Origin: Candidatus Woesearchaeota archaeon
GTDB lineage: Archaea > Nanobdellota > Nanobdellia > Woesearchaeales > ARS49
Assembly (NCBI GenBank): GCA_037445145.1
Contig: JBBILB010000003.1
Location: forward strand, 976 to 64,975
Reading direction: 5' to 3'
Length of the DNA stretch: 64,000 nt
The position numbers and the translations under genes were made by a program. Position 1 is the first letter of the stretch. Each line of letters starts with the position of its first letter. The notes below the pieces were generated by a model. That model was not told where the DNA came from. It saw only the letters and a program-made list of their open reading frames with translations, and searched no databases. Positions 28,929 to 36,803 of this stretch are shown piece after piece.

Positions 28929-29672
28929 ATGCAGAAAAAAGGGGTTCACAAACCGCACAAATTGCACATCAAGCTTGTGCTTTCCAAGAAGCCCAAAGGA
29001 GCAACAGTCATTGAAGGCTTCCCAGGGCTGGGCCTTGTAGCAACAATAGCAACAGGATTTTTGCTCGACCATTTGAAGTGCGAAAAAATAGGCACTTATT
29101 ACTTTGAAGACCCTCCTGCGACTTTAGCAGTTCATGGCAACAAGATTATTGACCCGATAGGCATATATTACAACAAGCAGTATAACCTCGTTATTGTCCA
29201 CGCAATAACGTCTGCACAGGGAATGGAATTTGCAGCAGCAGACCTGATACTTGACCTTTGCAGGCAGATTAATGCAAGCTTGCTGATCACTCTCGAGGGA
29301 GTTGGCAGTTCTGAAATAGGAGAAACAAGAGGTTTCTTTTACACAAGCCACCCCCAGATGAGAAGAACAATGGAAAACCTTGGCATAGACTACCTTGGCG
29401 AGGGAATCATAATGGGAGTCACGGCAGCATTGTTGATGCGCGACCAGCTCCCAATTCTTTCATTATTTGCAGAAACGCATTCTAAACTGCCTGACAGCAA
29501 GGCGGCTGCAAAAATCATTGAAATCCTTGACAGGCTTCTCGGGCTAAAAGTCAATTACGAGCCGTTATTGAAGCAGGCAGAGGAATTTGAGAGAAAGCTC
29601 AAGGGAATGCTTGAGCAGACAATGAAAGCCAGGGAAATGAAGGACAAGAAGCAAGTAGGATATATAGGTTAA
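28929..29672 (+). CDS. PAC2-family proteasome assembly chaperone-like protein
   Basis: VIEGFPGLGLVATIATGFLLDHL...IDPIGIYY...LITLEGVG, the PAC2/COG1938 pattern. Confidence 0.7.
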   Translation: MQKKGVHKPHKLHIKLVLSKKPKGATVIEGFPGLGLVATIATGFLLDHLKCEKIGTYYFEDPPATLAVHGNKIIDPIGIYYNKQYNLVIVHAITSAQGMEFAAADLILDLCRQINASLLITLEGVGSSEIGETRGFFYTSHPQMRRTMENLGIDYLGEGIIMGVTAALLMRDQLPILSLFAETHSKLPDSKAAAKIIEILDRLLGLKVNYEPLLKQAEEFERKLKGMLEQTMKAREMKDKKQVGYIG

Positions 29673-29699
29673 CTATTCGAAAGTAATAAAAAACAAAAG

Positions 29700-29725
29700 A
29701 TGTATATACTTGATGTATATACTTG
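29700..29725. repeat. Perfect 13-bp tandem duplication in a promoter region
   Basis: atgtatatacttg x2, duplicating a TATA-like core about 20-40 nt upstream of the ATG at 29744. Confidence 0.8.
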
Positions 29726-29743
29726 TGATGATTTATTCAGCCC

Positions 29744-30028
29744 ATGAACACAAACCAATCATTTGGAAACATTTACAGCGCGAAAGGCTTTGATCTCAAG
29801 AGCGAGATTGCTGCCTACGAGCCGCATTACGAAGGGCAGAAGCCTGCACCAGTTGCAGTTCCGCCTGTGGTTCCAGCACCGGCTAAGCCGGTGCTGAACC
29901 CTGATGATGTTTCAATCGTCATATTCGGCAGCCATGAGGAACAGACTTGCAAGCTTGCAAAGCATGACCGCGACCTGAACCACATACTCAACTCAGGAAG
30001 CATTCCAGAAGACGAAGACATGTCCTGA
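29744..30028 (+). CDS. Small hypothetical protein (94 aa), Pro-rich centre
   Basis: ORF with an ATG start and an upstream TATA. No family recognised. Confidence 0.4.
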   Translation: MNTNQSFGNIYSAKGFDLKSEIAAYEPHYEGQKPAPVAVPPVVPAPAKPVLNPDDVSIVIFGSHEEQTCKLAKHDRDLNHILNSGSIPEDEDMS

Positions 30029-30260
30029 TTTTTCGCTTTTTCTTTATTTTTTTAACTTATTTTGTTAGTCTCACTTTCGTTCTCTTACCCTGTCACCTCT
30101 TTATGTTTTATCAGACAATTCCAATAGTGCCTAAGCACTTTTTGGTTCCTGAGTCGGGTTTTTTTTGGCAAATCCCAGCACAACACTCTTGAAAACCAGC
30201 TGGGAGTTAGGCGCTTCCTGTTGACTTCTGTTTCCTATGTAACTCTCACTTTTGTTTAGC

Positions 30261-30380
30261 AATGGTTTTTATTTTTAATATTTAGAGAAATATAGACAAA
30301 AATATGCTCTTAGTAATACTGTTTCTAAACTATTTTTTATTAAAGATATTTTTAAAAAGAATATTTTTTAAAACAACTTT
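30261..30380. other. Extreme AT-rich block (DUE-like)
   Basis: By my count, 18 G/C in 120 nt. It is flanked by CTCACTTT boxes on the left (30070, 30245) and an inverted AAAGTGAG box on the right (30722). Confidence 0.6.
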
Positions 30381-30970
30381 CCTGATTTCTAGTTTATGCT
30401 ACAACTGTCACCCAAGGTAAGTAAAATTTTGGTTTTCCGTCGGTAAAACAGCTAAAACCCGCAACCGATTTAAAATGAATTTTTTGCAAAAACCTTTTTT
30501 TGGCTAAATCAGGGTTTTTTGGGCTTTCAGAAGATACTCAAATTTGTCAGGGAAAAAGCCAGAATTACTCATAGTTGGGTCTCGGACTGGGTGTTTTGGC
30601 ATATAACCAAGGGTATGAGCCAAGAAGCCCTTGACCTTGTTTGTTGGGAAAATACCAAAAAAGCAGGCATTTTACCGACGCTGACTGTATTTTTGCTGAA
30701 ACCTTGATTTTTGCGCACACCAAAGTGAGGATGGTTTGTGTTTTTAGTCGGGATTTTTAGCGAATTCTGACGCTGATGGTTGAAAAATGCTTTAAAAAGC
30801 CATACTTTAAGACGTTTTCGTAAAAAAGTCTTTCCTAAAGCGGTTTAAACGAAAAAACAGCCAAATTCTGGTATTTCTACGACAATTTTCAATAATCCCT
30901 GTCGGTTTTTCACTGGACACTGGTCGGGATTACGCAAGGCTTTTTAAGGAGTAGTGCTCAACACTTGAAA

Positions 30971-31498
30971 ATGAAAATCCAACTCGAGCATTCTGAATTG
31001 CCAGAACAAGCAGTTACAGAGGATATTGCCAAAACAATCCTTGCAAGGTTCGGGCTTTTGCCCAGGAAAAAAGACGGCAATGCACAAATGCACAAGCTCC
31101 TTCTCGAGCTTTTAGAACGGAAAAAGGCTGCAAACAGGGAGAAAAAGCCAGAAGCAGCAGTCATGCCTGTCGAGGACATGGGCCTTTTTGCAGGCATAAA
31201 AAGGCAGACCATGTACGAATACTTGCACCGCTGGCTTGACCTGAATATCCTCAAGAAAACCAGCTTTGTGAGCAATGGGAAAGTCGTGATTGGCTATGAG
31301 CTGAACGGCACAAACCTGGAAGGGGCTTTCAGAAAGGCAGAAGCGACGATAAAAACACACCTTGACTACTCCTTCAAACTCATTGAAAAATTGCAAAACG
31401 AAATAAAAAAGGAGAAGCTCAGGACAGGGGCTTCTGAACTGCCTGAGAATCCTGAGGCGCCTGCATCCAGTGAGACAAAAGAGAATTCAGGCCAATAA
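30971..31498 (+). CDS. Small winged-helix protein, uncharacterised (175 aa)
   Basis: ATG at 30971 with TATA ctttttaagg about 28 nt upstream. HTH-like GLFAGIKRQTMYEYLHRWLDLNILKK plus a wing (VVIGYELNG). Helical tail. Its 3-prime end overlaps the convergent gene by 80 nt. Confidence 0.55.
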   Translation: MKIQLEHSELPEQAVTEDIAKTILARFGLLPRKKDGNAQMHKLLLELLERKKAANREKKPEAAVMPVEDMGLFAGIKRQTMYEYLHRWLDLNILKKTSFVSNGKVVIGYELNGTNLEGAFRKAEATIKTHLDYSFKLIEKLQNEIKKEKLRTGASELPENPEAPASSETKENSGQ

Positions 31499-31988
31499 CG
31501 ACCTCTTTTGCCTGTTTCTGCCTGAATTTGGGCTCTAATTGCACAAAAGCATGTCCACCGTCGTATTTCTTGATTATGGGAACGCCTTTCTCAATGAGGT
31601 TTGTGACAAAGCCTGAAACCAAAGCCTCGCTGGTGCCGAGCTTCCTTGCAAGCTGTTTGTAGCTGACAAAAGGGATGCTCTCTCCGACGATATACAATGC
31701 CTGGAAGACCTCCTGCTCGCGCTTTGTCAGCGGCTGGATTTCAACCTTATGCTCTGCCTTTTTCCCCTCAACAAGAAGGAAAAGCTCCTCTATGCGGGCG
31801 TGCAGCTTGTCAAGCTTTTCCTCGACAGAACGAATGTATTCGTGGTTTGCCTGAATCTCATTCGTGTTCTCGTTAATTGCTGCCCGATGATCGTCAAGCT
31901 CCTCCCTCAAGGCGTCAAAAATTGAATTCATTGCAAGCCGTGCGCCTGCATCGTCACTGTGCACTAACAATGCCTGTTTTCCCTTCAA
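31419..31988 (-). CDS. Coiled-coil + C-terminal winged-helix protein, uncharacterised
   Basis: TTG start at 31988 preceded by aaggggtgg (SD-like); alternative ATG at 31931. LREELDDHRAAINENTNEIQANHEYIRSVEEKLDKLHARIEEL, then LTKREQEVFQALY...YKQLARKLGTSEALVSGFVTNLIEKG. Confidence 0.6.
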   Translation of the reverse strand: MKGKQALLVHSDDAGARLAMNSIFDALREELDDHRAAINENTNEIQANHEYIRSVEEKLDKLHARIEELFLLVEGKKAEHKVEIQPLTKREQEVFQALYIVGESIPFVSYKQLARKLGTSEALVSGFVTNLIEKGVPIIKKYDGGHAFVQLEPKFRQKQAKEVVIGLNSLLSHWMQAPQDSQAVQKPLS

Positions 31989-32074
31989 ACAGTACCACCC
32001 CTTAATGTACCCTTACCGTCGATGACTTTCTCGTCTCGGCCAGCTCCTTTAAAAGCATTTTTGTTCTGGAAACC

Positions 32075-32785
32075 TTATTTTCCAATCGGCTTTTTCAGGT
32101 GGCCTCCGACCATAAGCAGCTTTTCCTTGCCGTCGTGAATCACGCTAATGGCATTTTCTGCCTCAAGCTCCTCAAGTAGCCTGTAAAAGCTGCTCTTGCT
32201 GGCAAGACCCTGCTCCTCGACGAGCATCTCCCTCAGCTGGAGTGCTGAGATCTTGCCGTACTTCGTGATCATGCTCATAATAAGCCCCTTCAGGTATTCC
32301 TTTGAGTTCCTCGTGATGCGCTGGACAATCTTGTCCCTCAATGCCTGTGTTCTCGATACTGCAGGGGGTATGTGAGGCAGTTCTGAAACATCACGCCTTA
32401 CTTGCTGGACAGCAGAAGCTGCCTTCAAATGCTCCAATCTGGTCAATTTGTCCTCTATTTGCCTGACGCGCTCCAAAATGGCATCAAAATCGTAATAGGC
32501 GTCTATTATGCGCTTTATTGTCGCAGAATCTTTTGGCACTGACCTGATCTCTGCCTGCAGGCGCTCTATCATCTGCCTTTGCCTCAGGATTTCCTGCTCG
32601 TAGTCATCAAAGTCATGCTGTTGGGCTTCTATTATCTGTTGCTGCCTTGCTGCCTGCTGTTGGAAAAACTGCACCCACTGATAAAGCGCGGTAGTATCTT
32701 GCTTTACATGAGCAAAGCTCGCCCTGAGCGCCTTGTCCAACCGGTCAACTTTGTCCTCAACCTCTTTTCCGAAAATCCACCCCAT
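32075..32785 (-). CDS. Coiled-coil + C-terminal winged-helix protein, uncharacterised (236 aa)
   Basis: ATG at 32785 with TATA tttttatacc about 25 nt upstream (leaderless). Q-rich coiled coil, then ISALQLREMLVEEQGLASKSSFYRLLEELEAENAISV (wHTH). Confidence 0.6.
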   Translation of the reverse strand: MGWIFGKEVEDKVDRLDKALRASFAHVKQDTTALYQWVQFFQQQAARQQQIIEAQQHDFDDYEQEILRQRQMIERLQAEIRSVPKDSATIKRIIDAYYDFDAILERVRQIEDKLTRLEHLKAASAVQQVRRDVSELPHIPPAVSRTQALRDKIVQRITRNSKEYLKGLIMSMITKYGKISALQLREMLVEEQGLASKSSFYRLLEELEAENAISVIHDGKEKLLMVGGHLKKPIGK

Positions 32786-32854
32786 ACCCAAACAAAAACA
32801 AACAGAGGTATAAAAATTTTTCTAACAGCATCTTTTCAGCTGATTTTTCAGGTT

Positions 32855-33318
32855 TGGGATGGTCCCAGGACCTTCCTGGCACAGTCCCAGGACTCTTTTG
32901 GGAATATCCTGGGAACATTTTGGTTTATTTTATCGACGATAAAACAATATTCCCACATTCCCAATTGGGACTATATGGGAATGAATTGGGAATATCTTAA
33001 GACGGAGATGGGAATATTCTGGGAATGATTGGGAATGAAACAGGACTATCAGAAACTTTTCGGGACGATAAACTGGGACTGGTTGGGAATATCTGGGAAT
33101 GAGTTGGGAATGAGAATGATGTGCTGATTACAGGATAATGCTGAACTCCTGCGAAAAAGACAGCCCTATTTAGGATTGTGAATGAGCGGGAATAAAATGC
33201 TTTGTGGAAAATTCCAGATTATCATTCCCAACAATATGATTGTTTGTAAACAAGAAAGGCATGGAACAGGACGCAAGCTGCATATAATATATAGTGTGAC
33301 AGCAAAGTAATTGGGAAT
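32855..33318. repeat. Array of about 20 TGGGAAT heptamers (iteron-like), 10-11 bp phasing within clusters
   Basis: Exact forward copies start at 32899, 32976, 32987, 33009, 33020, 33030, 33084, 33094, 33105, 33312. Reverse copies (ATTCCCA) start at 32949, 32957, 33224. One-mismatch variants are at 32855, 32910, 32966, 33074, 33187. Confidence 0.9.
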
Positions 33319-33648
33319 GCTTGGATTTGGGGCGTGGCTGGGCAGGACTTGGTTAGGCATGTCAGGCAGAGTTAACAGCAGAAGGCAGGTATGGTGCATT
33401 GATAAGGATTTTCTGGTGCCTAATAACTTACAAAACACATGGTGCCTAGGAGGTTAAAAGTAAGCGTTCAGAACAGGTTAGGAAAGATTAAGAAAGGACA
33501 ACCTTGTGAGTGAAAAGTGAGAGTTCAATAAAAGTTTTAGTATATTAGGCACTATTAAAGAATGGTGATTTTAAGTCAAAAGTGAGCAAAAACCAGCATC
33601 AAAAGGGTTAAATATACGGCGTTTATTCATAAAAAGTGAGTAGAACAC

Positions 33649-34353
33649 ATGATGGATCCAAACAAATATCCTTGGTTTTATGCACCAGAACTGCCAAAAA
33701 GTGGCGAAATCAGCCTGGATGCTGAAGAATTAAGGCACATAAAGGTCCAAAGGATAAAGCCAGAAGACAAAGTGAGCCTGTTCAATGGTAAAGGCACTGT
33801 GGCCATTTGCACAATCACAAGCGAAGGCAAAGCAAGAATAATCGAGGTTCATGAAGTCCCAAAAAGCACGTTTTCGCTGTTTATAGCCGTTGGCGTACCA
33901 AAAGGAGAGCGTGCTGACTGGATGCTACAAAAACTCGGCGAACTCGGCGCCTCGTCAATAATACCCTTACAAACAGAGTGTTCTGTGGTGCTTCCAAGAA
34001 AAACAAAACAGGAGCGCTGGCAAAGAATCCTGACAGAAGCATGCAAGCAGAGCAAGCAGGCATGGATTCCAGAGCTAAAGCCCCTGTCGACGATAGAAGA
34101 GGCATTGAAGCAAGAGGCAGAGCTTAAAGTCCTTCTTGACCAAACAGGAAAGAATACCACTGAACTTCTGCAGGAAAAGCCCAAATCAGTGCTTGCATTT
34201 ATAGGGCCAGAAGGTGGCTTCACACAAGACGAGAAAAAGCATCTTCTGGCATCAGGATGCAGGCTTGTGTCCCTTTGCAAACAAACACTCAGGGTAGAAA
34301 CAGCAGCAATAGCAATGGCGGTTGTGATAAATATTCTCGGAAAAAACGAATAA
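33649..34353 (+). CDS. rsmE: 16S rRNA (uracil-N3) methyltransferase RsmE-like (SPOUT)
   Basis: N-terminal PUA-like (HIKVQRIKPEDKVSLFNGKG). C-terminal knot IGPEGGFTQDE...LSLCKQTLRVETAAIAMAV. Confidence 0.8.
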   Translation: MMDPNKYPWFYAPELPKSGEISLDAEELRHIKVQRIKPEDKVSLFNGKGTVAICTITSEGKARIIEVHEVPKSTFSLFIAVGVPKGERADWMLQKLGELGASSIIPLQTECSVVLPRKTKQERWQRILTEACKQSKQAWIPELKPLSTIEEALKQEAELKVLLDQTGKNTTELLQEKPKSVLAFIGPEGGFTQDEKKHLLASGCRLVSLCKQTLRVETAAIAMAVVINILGKNE

Positions 34354-34375
34354 AAAAACAAAAAAATTTGCTGGC

Positions 34376-34765
34376 TTAAATGTCAGGGTTAAATGCAAGC
34401 CCTGACTGCTCCTTAAGGCATGCACCGTTCATGCATCCATTAACGCACCTTTGCACGTAAGTAAACAATGCACCTCCCCTACAATAGTACTCTATGAGCT
34501 TCGGCCCTGCTCCCTGCACTGCATTGTTCCTGTTGTCTGCACACGTGTCAGTGAACTCTCCGCCTGCATATGTTGCTGTGCCACGGGTGTAAAAGTCCAT
34601 TGCCCTGTCTGTGTCTGTGCACGCCCATCTTGACACGCTCTCTCCTGTTGCCAGCGTGGCTTCTCCTGTCGCGCTGCCCTTGGTGAACAAGAGTATCAGT
34701 CCGACCACTGCAATCACTGCAACAAGACCCAGAATAACCAATGCCACATTTGCCTTTTTGTTCAT
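34376..34765 (-). CDS. Secreted/anchored Cys-rich protein with pilin-like (class III-type) signal
   Basis: Start moved to MNKKA-NVALVILGLVAVIAVVGLILLF. 8 Cys in the ectodomain. The N-terminus is paralogous to the 36459 gene. Confidence 0.55.
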   Translation of the reverse strand: MNKKANVALVILGLVAVIAVVGLILLFTKGSATGEATLATGESVSRWACTDTDRAMDFYTRGTATYAGGEFTDTCADNRNNAVQGAGPKLIEYYCRGGALFTYVQRCVNGCMNGACLKEQSGLAFNPDI

Positions 34766-34865
34766 AAAATGCAACCTCTTTTTAATTAGTTTTCTTGGCG
34801 ATATGCAATACAAGTATTAAAACATTTACAAAACCTTTTTAAAGAACCGCCCAAAATCAGGCAGT

Positions 34866-35138
34866 ATGGAAATCAAGATTCTTGAGGAAAAGAAAAACAG
34901 GCTTGTCTTCAACATAGAAGGAGACGGTACAACAATAGCAAACATGTTAAAAAAGGAGTTGTGGAATGACGAGCACGTGAAGGCAGCAGGATTCAACGTT
35001 GATCACCCGCTTATCAATGTTCCAACATTCATAGTTGAGACAGACGGCGAGGAAGCAAAAAAGGCAGTCTCTGCAGCTTTGAAGCGCATTGGAAAGCAGG
35101 TAGAAAAGTTCAGGGACGAGGCAAAGGCGCTGAGATAA
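34866..35138 (+). CDS. rpoL: DNA-directed RNA polymerase subunit L (Rpo11)
   Basis: MEIKILEEKKNRLVFNIEG...NMLKKEL...VKAAGFNVDHPLINVPTFIVET, the RpoL/Rpb11 pattern. Confidence 0.8.
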   Translation: MEIKILEEKKNRLVFNIEGDGTTIANMLKKELWNDEHVKAAGFNVDHPLINVPTFIVETDGEEAKKAVSAALKRIGKQVEKFRDEAKALR

Positions 35139-35195
35139 GACAATTTCTCCACCCAAAATCTTTAAATAGTGCCTAAGGATTTCTTGCGGGTTACG

Positions 35196-35717
35196 ATGGG
35201 GTTTGTAAGAATTAAAAAGATAAAAGGAAGCGAATATGGCTATCTTGTAGAAAATACCTGGACTGCAAAAGGCTCAAGGCAGAAAGTCAAGGCATACCTT
35301 GGCAAAATCATAAAGCCCGTCAAAGAAAGTGAGCTGCCTGCTCCTGAACTGAAAAAGCTTTCTTACCCGGATGCAGTAAAGGCAATAGCAAAATGGACCC
35401 TTCTCCAGCACGGCTTTCAGGAAGGCTCTGAGAGCATGCTGATAAGCGGAACAGTGCTTGCAGACCTTGGAGAGCTCAAAGTCATCAACAAGACAAGCCC
35501 TGCAGTAATCAAGATGCACGAAGGATTCCTCTGCACGCACACATTGCAGCAGGCAATAGGGTTTATTCCATCAGGCAATACGGAGGAAATAATTGGCAAG
35601 GAGCTGGCGAATGTGCTTCTTGAGGCAGGGCTTTCAGTCCCGCACGAGATCTTTGTCCAGCTTTTTGAGAAAGTCCATAACGCTTATAAACCGAACACTA
35701 ATGAGGACACGCAATGA
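35196..35717 (+). CDS. Conserved hypothetical protein
   Basis: ATG at 35196 (the track GTG at 35169 is rejected). MGFVRIKKIKGSEYGYLVENTWTAKGSRQKVKAYLGK N-terminal box. TATA tttaaata at 35161. Confidence 0.55.
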   Translation: MGFVRIKKIKGSEYGYLVENTWTAKGSRQKVKAYLGKIIKPVKESELPAPELKKLSYPDAVKAIAKWTLLQHGFQEGSESMLISGTVLADLGELKVINKTSPAVIKMHEGFLCTHTLQQAIGFIPSGNTEEIIGKELANVLLEAGLSVPHEIFVQLFEKVHNAYKPNTNEDTQ

Positions 35718-36427
35718 ATGTGGAAAAAGTCCCAAGGCACATCGGAATCATACTTGACGGCAACAGGAGATTTGCAAAAAAGCTAATGATGAAGCCATGG
35801 ATGGGGCACGAGTGGGGGGCAAAAAAAATAACCCAGTTCCTTGACTGGTGCCGTGAGCTCGGAATCCAGGAAGTCACTTGCTATACATTCTCGGTACAGA
35901 ACTTCAACAGGCCAAAAGAGGAATTTGACTATTTGATGCAGTTGTTTGAGCGCGAATGGCAGAACCAGTCAAAGCCGGAAAGAATTGAGGAGCTAAAAAA
36001 GAACGGAGTCAGGATTAATTTCATAGGCAGGACTTGGATGTTCCCACAGGCAGTCCAGGAAGGAATGAAAAAACTGATGGCATTAACAAAAGACAACAAG
36101 CCATACCAGGTAAACTTTGCAATGGCATACGGCGGAAGGGAAGAAGTCATTGATGCTGTAAAGAAGCTCTCAGAAGACATCAAGGCAGGAAAGGTTGACA
36201 TTGACAAACTCAACGAAGAAGTGTTTGGCAAGTACCTTTACCTGAATTCAGACCCGGACTTAATAATAAGAACAGGCGGAGAAAAAAGGACAAGCAACTT
36301 CCTTGCATGGCAGGGCATTTACAGCGAATGGTTCTTCCTTGAAAAGACATGGCCTGAGATAGAAAAAGAAGACCTTGTCAAGGTTATTGAGGAATTCAAC
36401 CAAAGGGAAAGAAGGTTTGGAAAATAG
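35714..36427 (+). CDS. uppS: cis-Prenyltransferase (undecaprenyl diphosphate synthase family)
   Basis: PRHIGIILDGNRRFAKK, YTFSVQNFNRPKEE, IRTGGEKRTSNFLAWQ. Confidence 0.9.
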   Translation: MNVEKVPRHIGIILDGNRRFAKKLMMKPWMGHEWGAKKITQFLDWCRELGIQEVTCYTFSVQNFNRPKEEFDYLMQLFEREWQNQSKPERIEELKKNGVRINFIGRTWMFPQAVQEGMKKLMALTKDNKPYQVNFAMAYGGREEVIDAVKKLSEDIKAGKVDIDKLNEEVFGKYLYLNSDPDLIIRTGGEKRTSNFLAWQGIYSEWFFLEKTWPEIEKEDLVKVIEEFNQRERRFGK

Positions 36428-36449
36428 GAATTCCACTAAAAAGGCAAAG

Positions 36450-36458
36450 AAAAAAAAA
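36450..36458 (-). terminator. Oligo-T (T9) directly after a stop codon
   Basis: An A9 run on the plus strand abuts the stop of the minus-strand gene at 36459. Confidence 0.45.
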
Positions 36459-36803
36459 TCACCTTGTTCCGCAGCCAAACCTGAAGTTTAATATTGGCTG
36501 TCCCCCGCAGATTGACTCCAGCATTTTCCTGCAAGTAGCTTCTGCATCTGCAACCAGGACATCAACAGTTGGCGAAGCCCTCACAATCTCACTGGTGTAT
36601 GCACACACACCGTCGCACCCGCACGCATAACCGCCAGGACGCTCAATGCGGAATGGCTCTGAAGTCGGCAAAATCTCCCTTGCAACCGGCTGTCCTGCAG
36701 CCTCGCCTGTAAGCCTGCCTGACATCAGAAGCACAAGACCCACAAACGCAAGCACAGCAACAATGCCGAAAACCAGAAGCTCAACCGAAGCCCGATTGTT
36801 CAT
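36459..36803 (-). CDS. Secreted/anchored Cys-rich protein with pilin-like signal (paralog of 34376)
   Basis: Start moved to MNNRA-SVELLVFGIVAVLAFVGLVLLMSGRLTGEAA. Compare MNKKA-NVALVILGLVAVIAVVGLILLFTKGSATGEAT. Confidence 0.55.
   Translation of the reverse strand: MNNRASVELLVFGIVAVLAFVGLVLLMSGRLTGEAAGQPVAREILPTSEPFRIERPGGYACGCDGVCAYTSEIVRASPTVDVLVADAEATCRKMLESICGGQPILNFRFGCGTR

Noticed and set aside
32855-33318. The TGGGAAT array as a CRISPR array.
   Set aside because: The units are 7 nt with 3-4 nt between them. There are no spacers of 25-50 nt, no long repeats and no cas genes.
30519-33438. Track ORFs inside the island arms: 30519-30707, 32579-33028, 33166-33438.
   Set aside because: The first has a TTG start and no promoter. 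The other two are read through the heptamer array, so their sequence is a repeat artefact (WEYLKTEMGIFWE and similar).
29667-33618. Imperfect 13-nt direct repeat at the island edges (ggttaactattcg / ggttaaatatacg) as att sites.
   Set aside because: Only 11 of 13 positions are identical. One copy includes a stop codon and the other a TATA-like box. It could easily be chance. It is mentioned only as weak context in the island finding.
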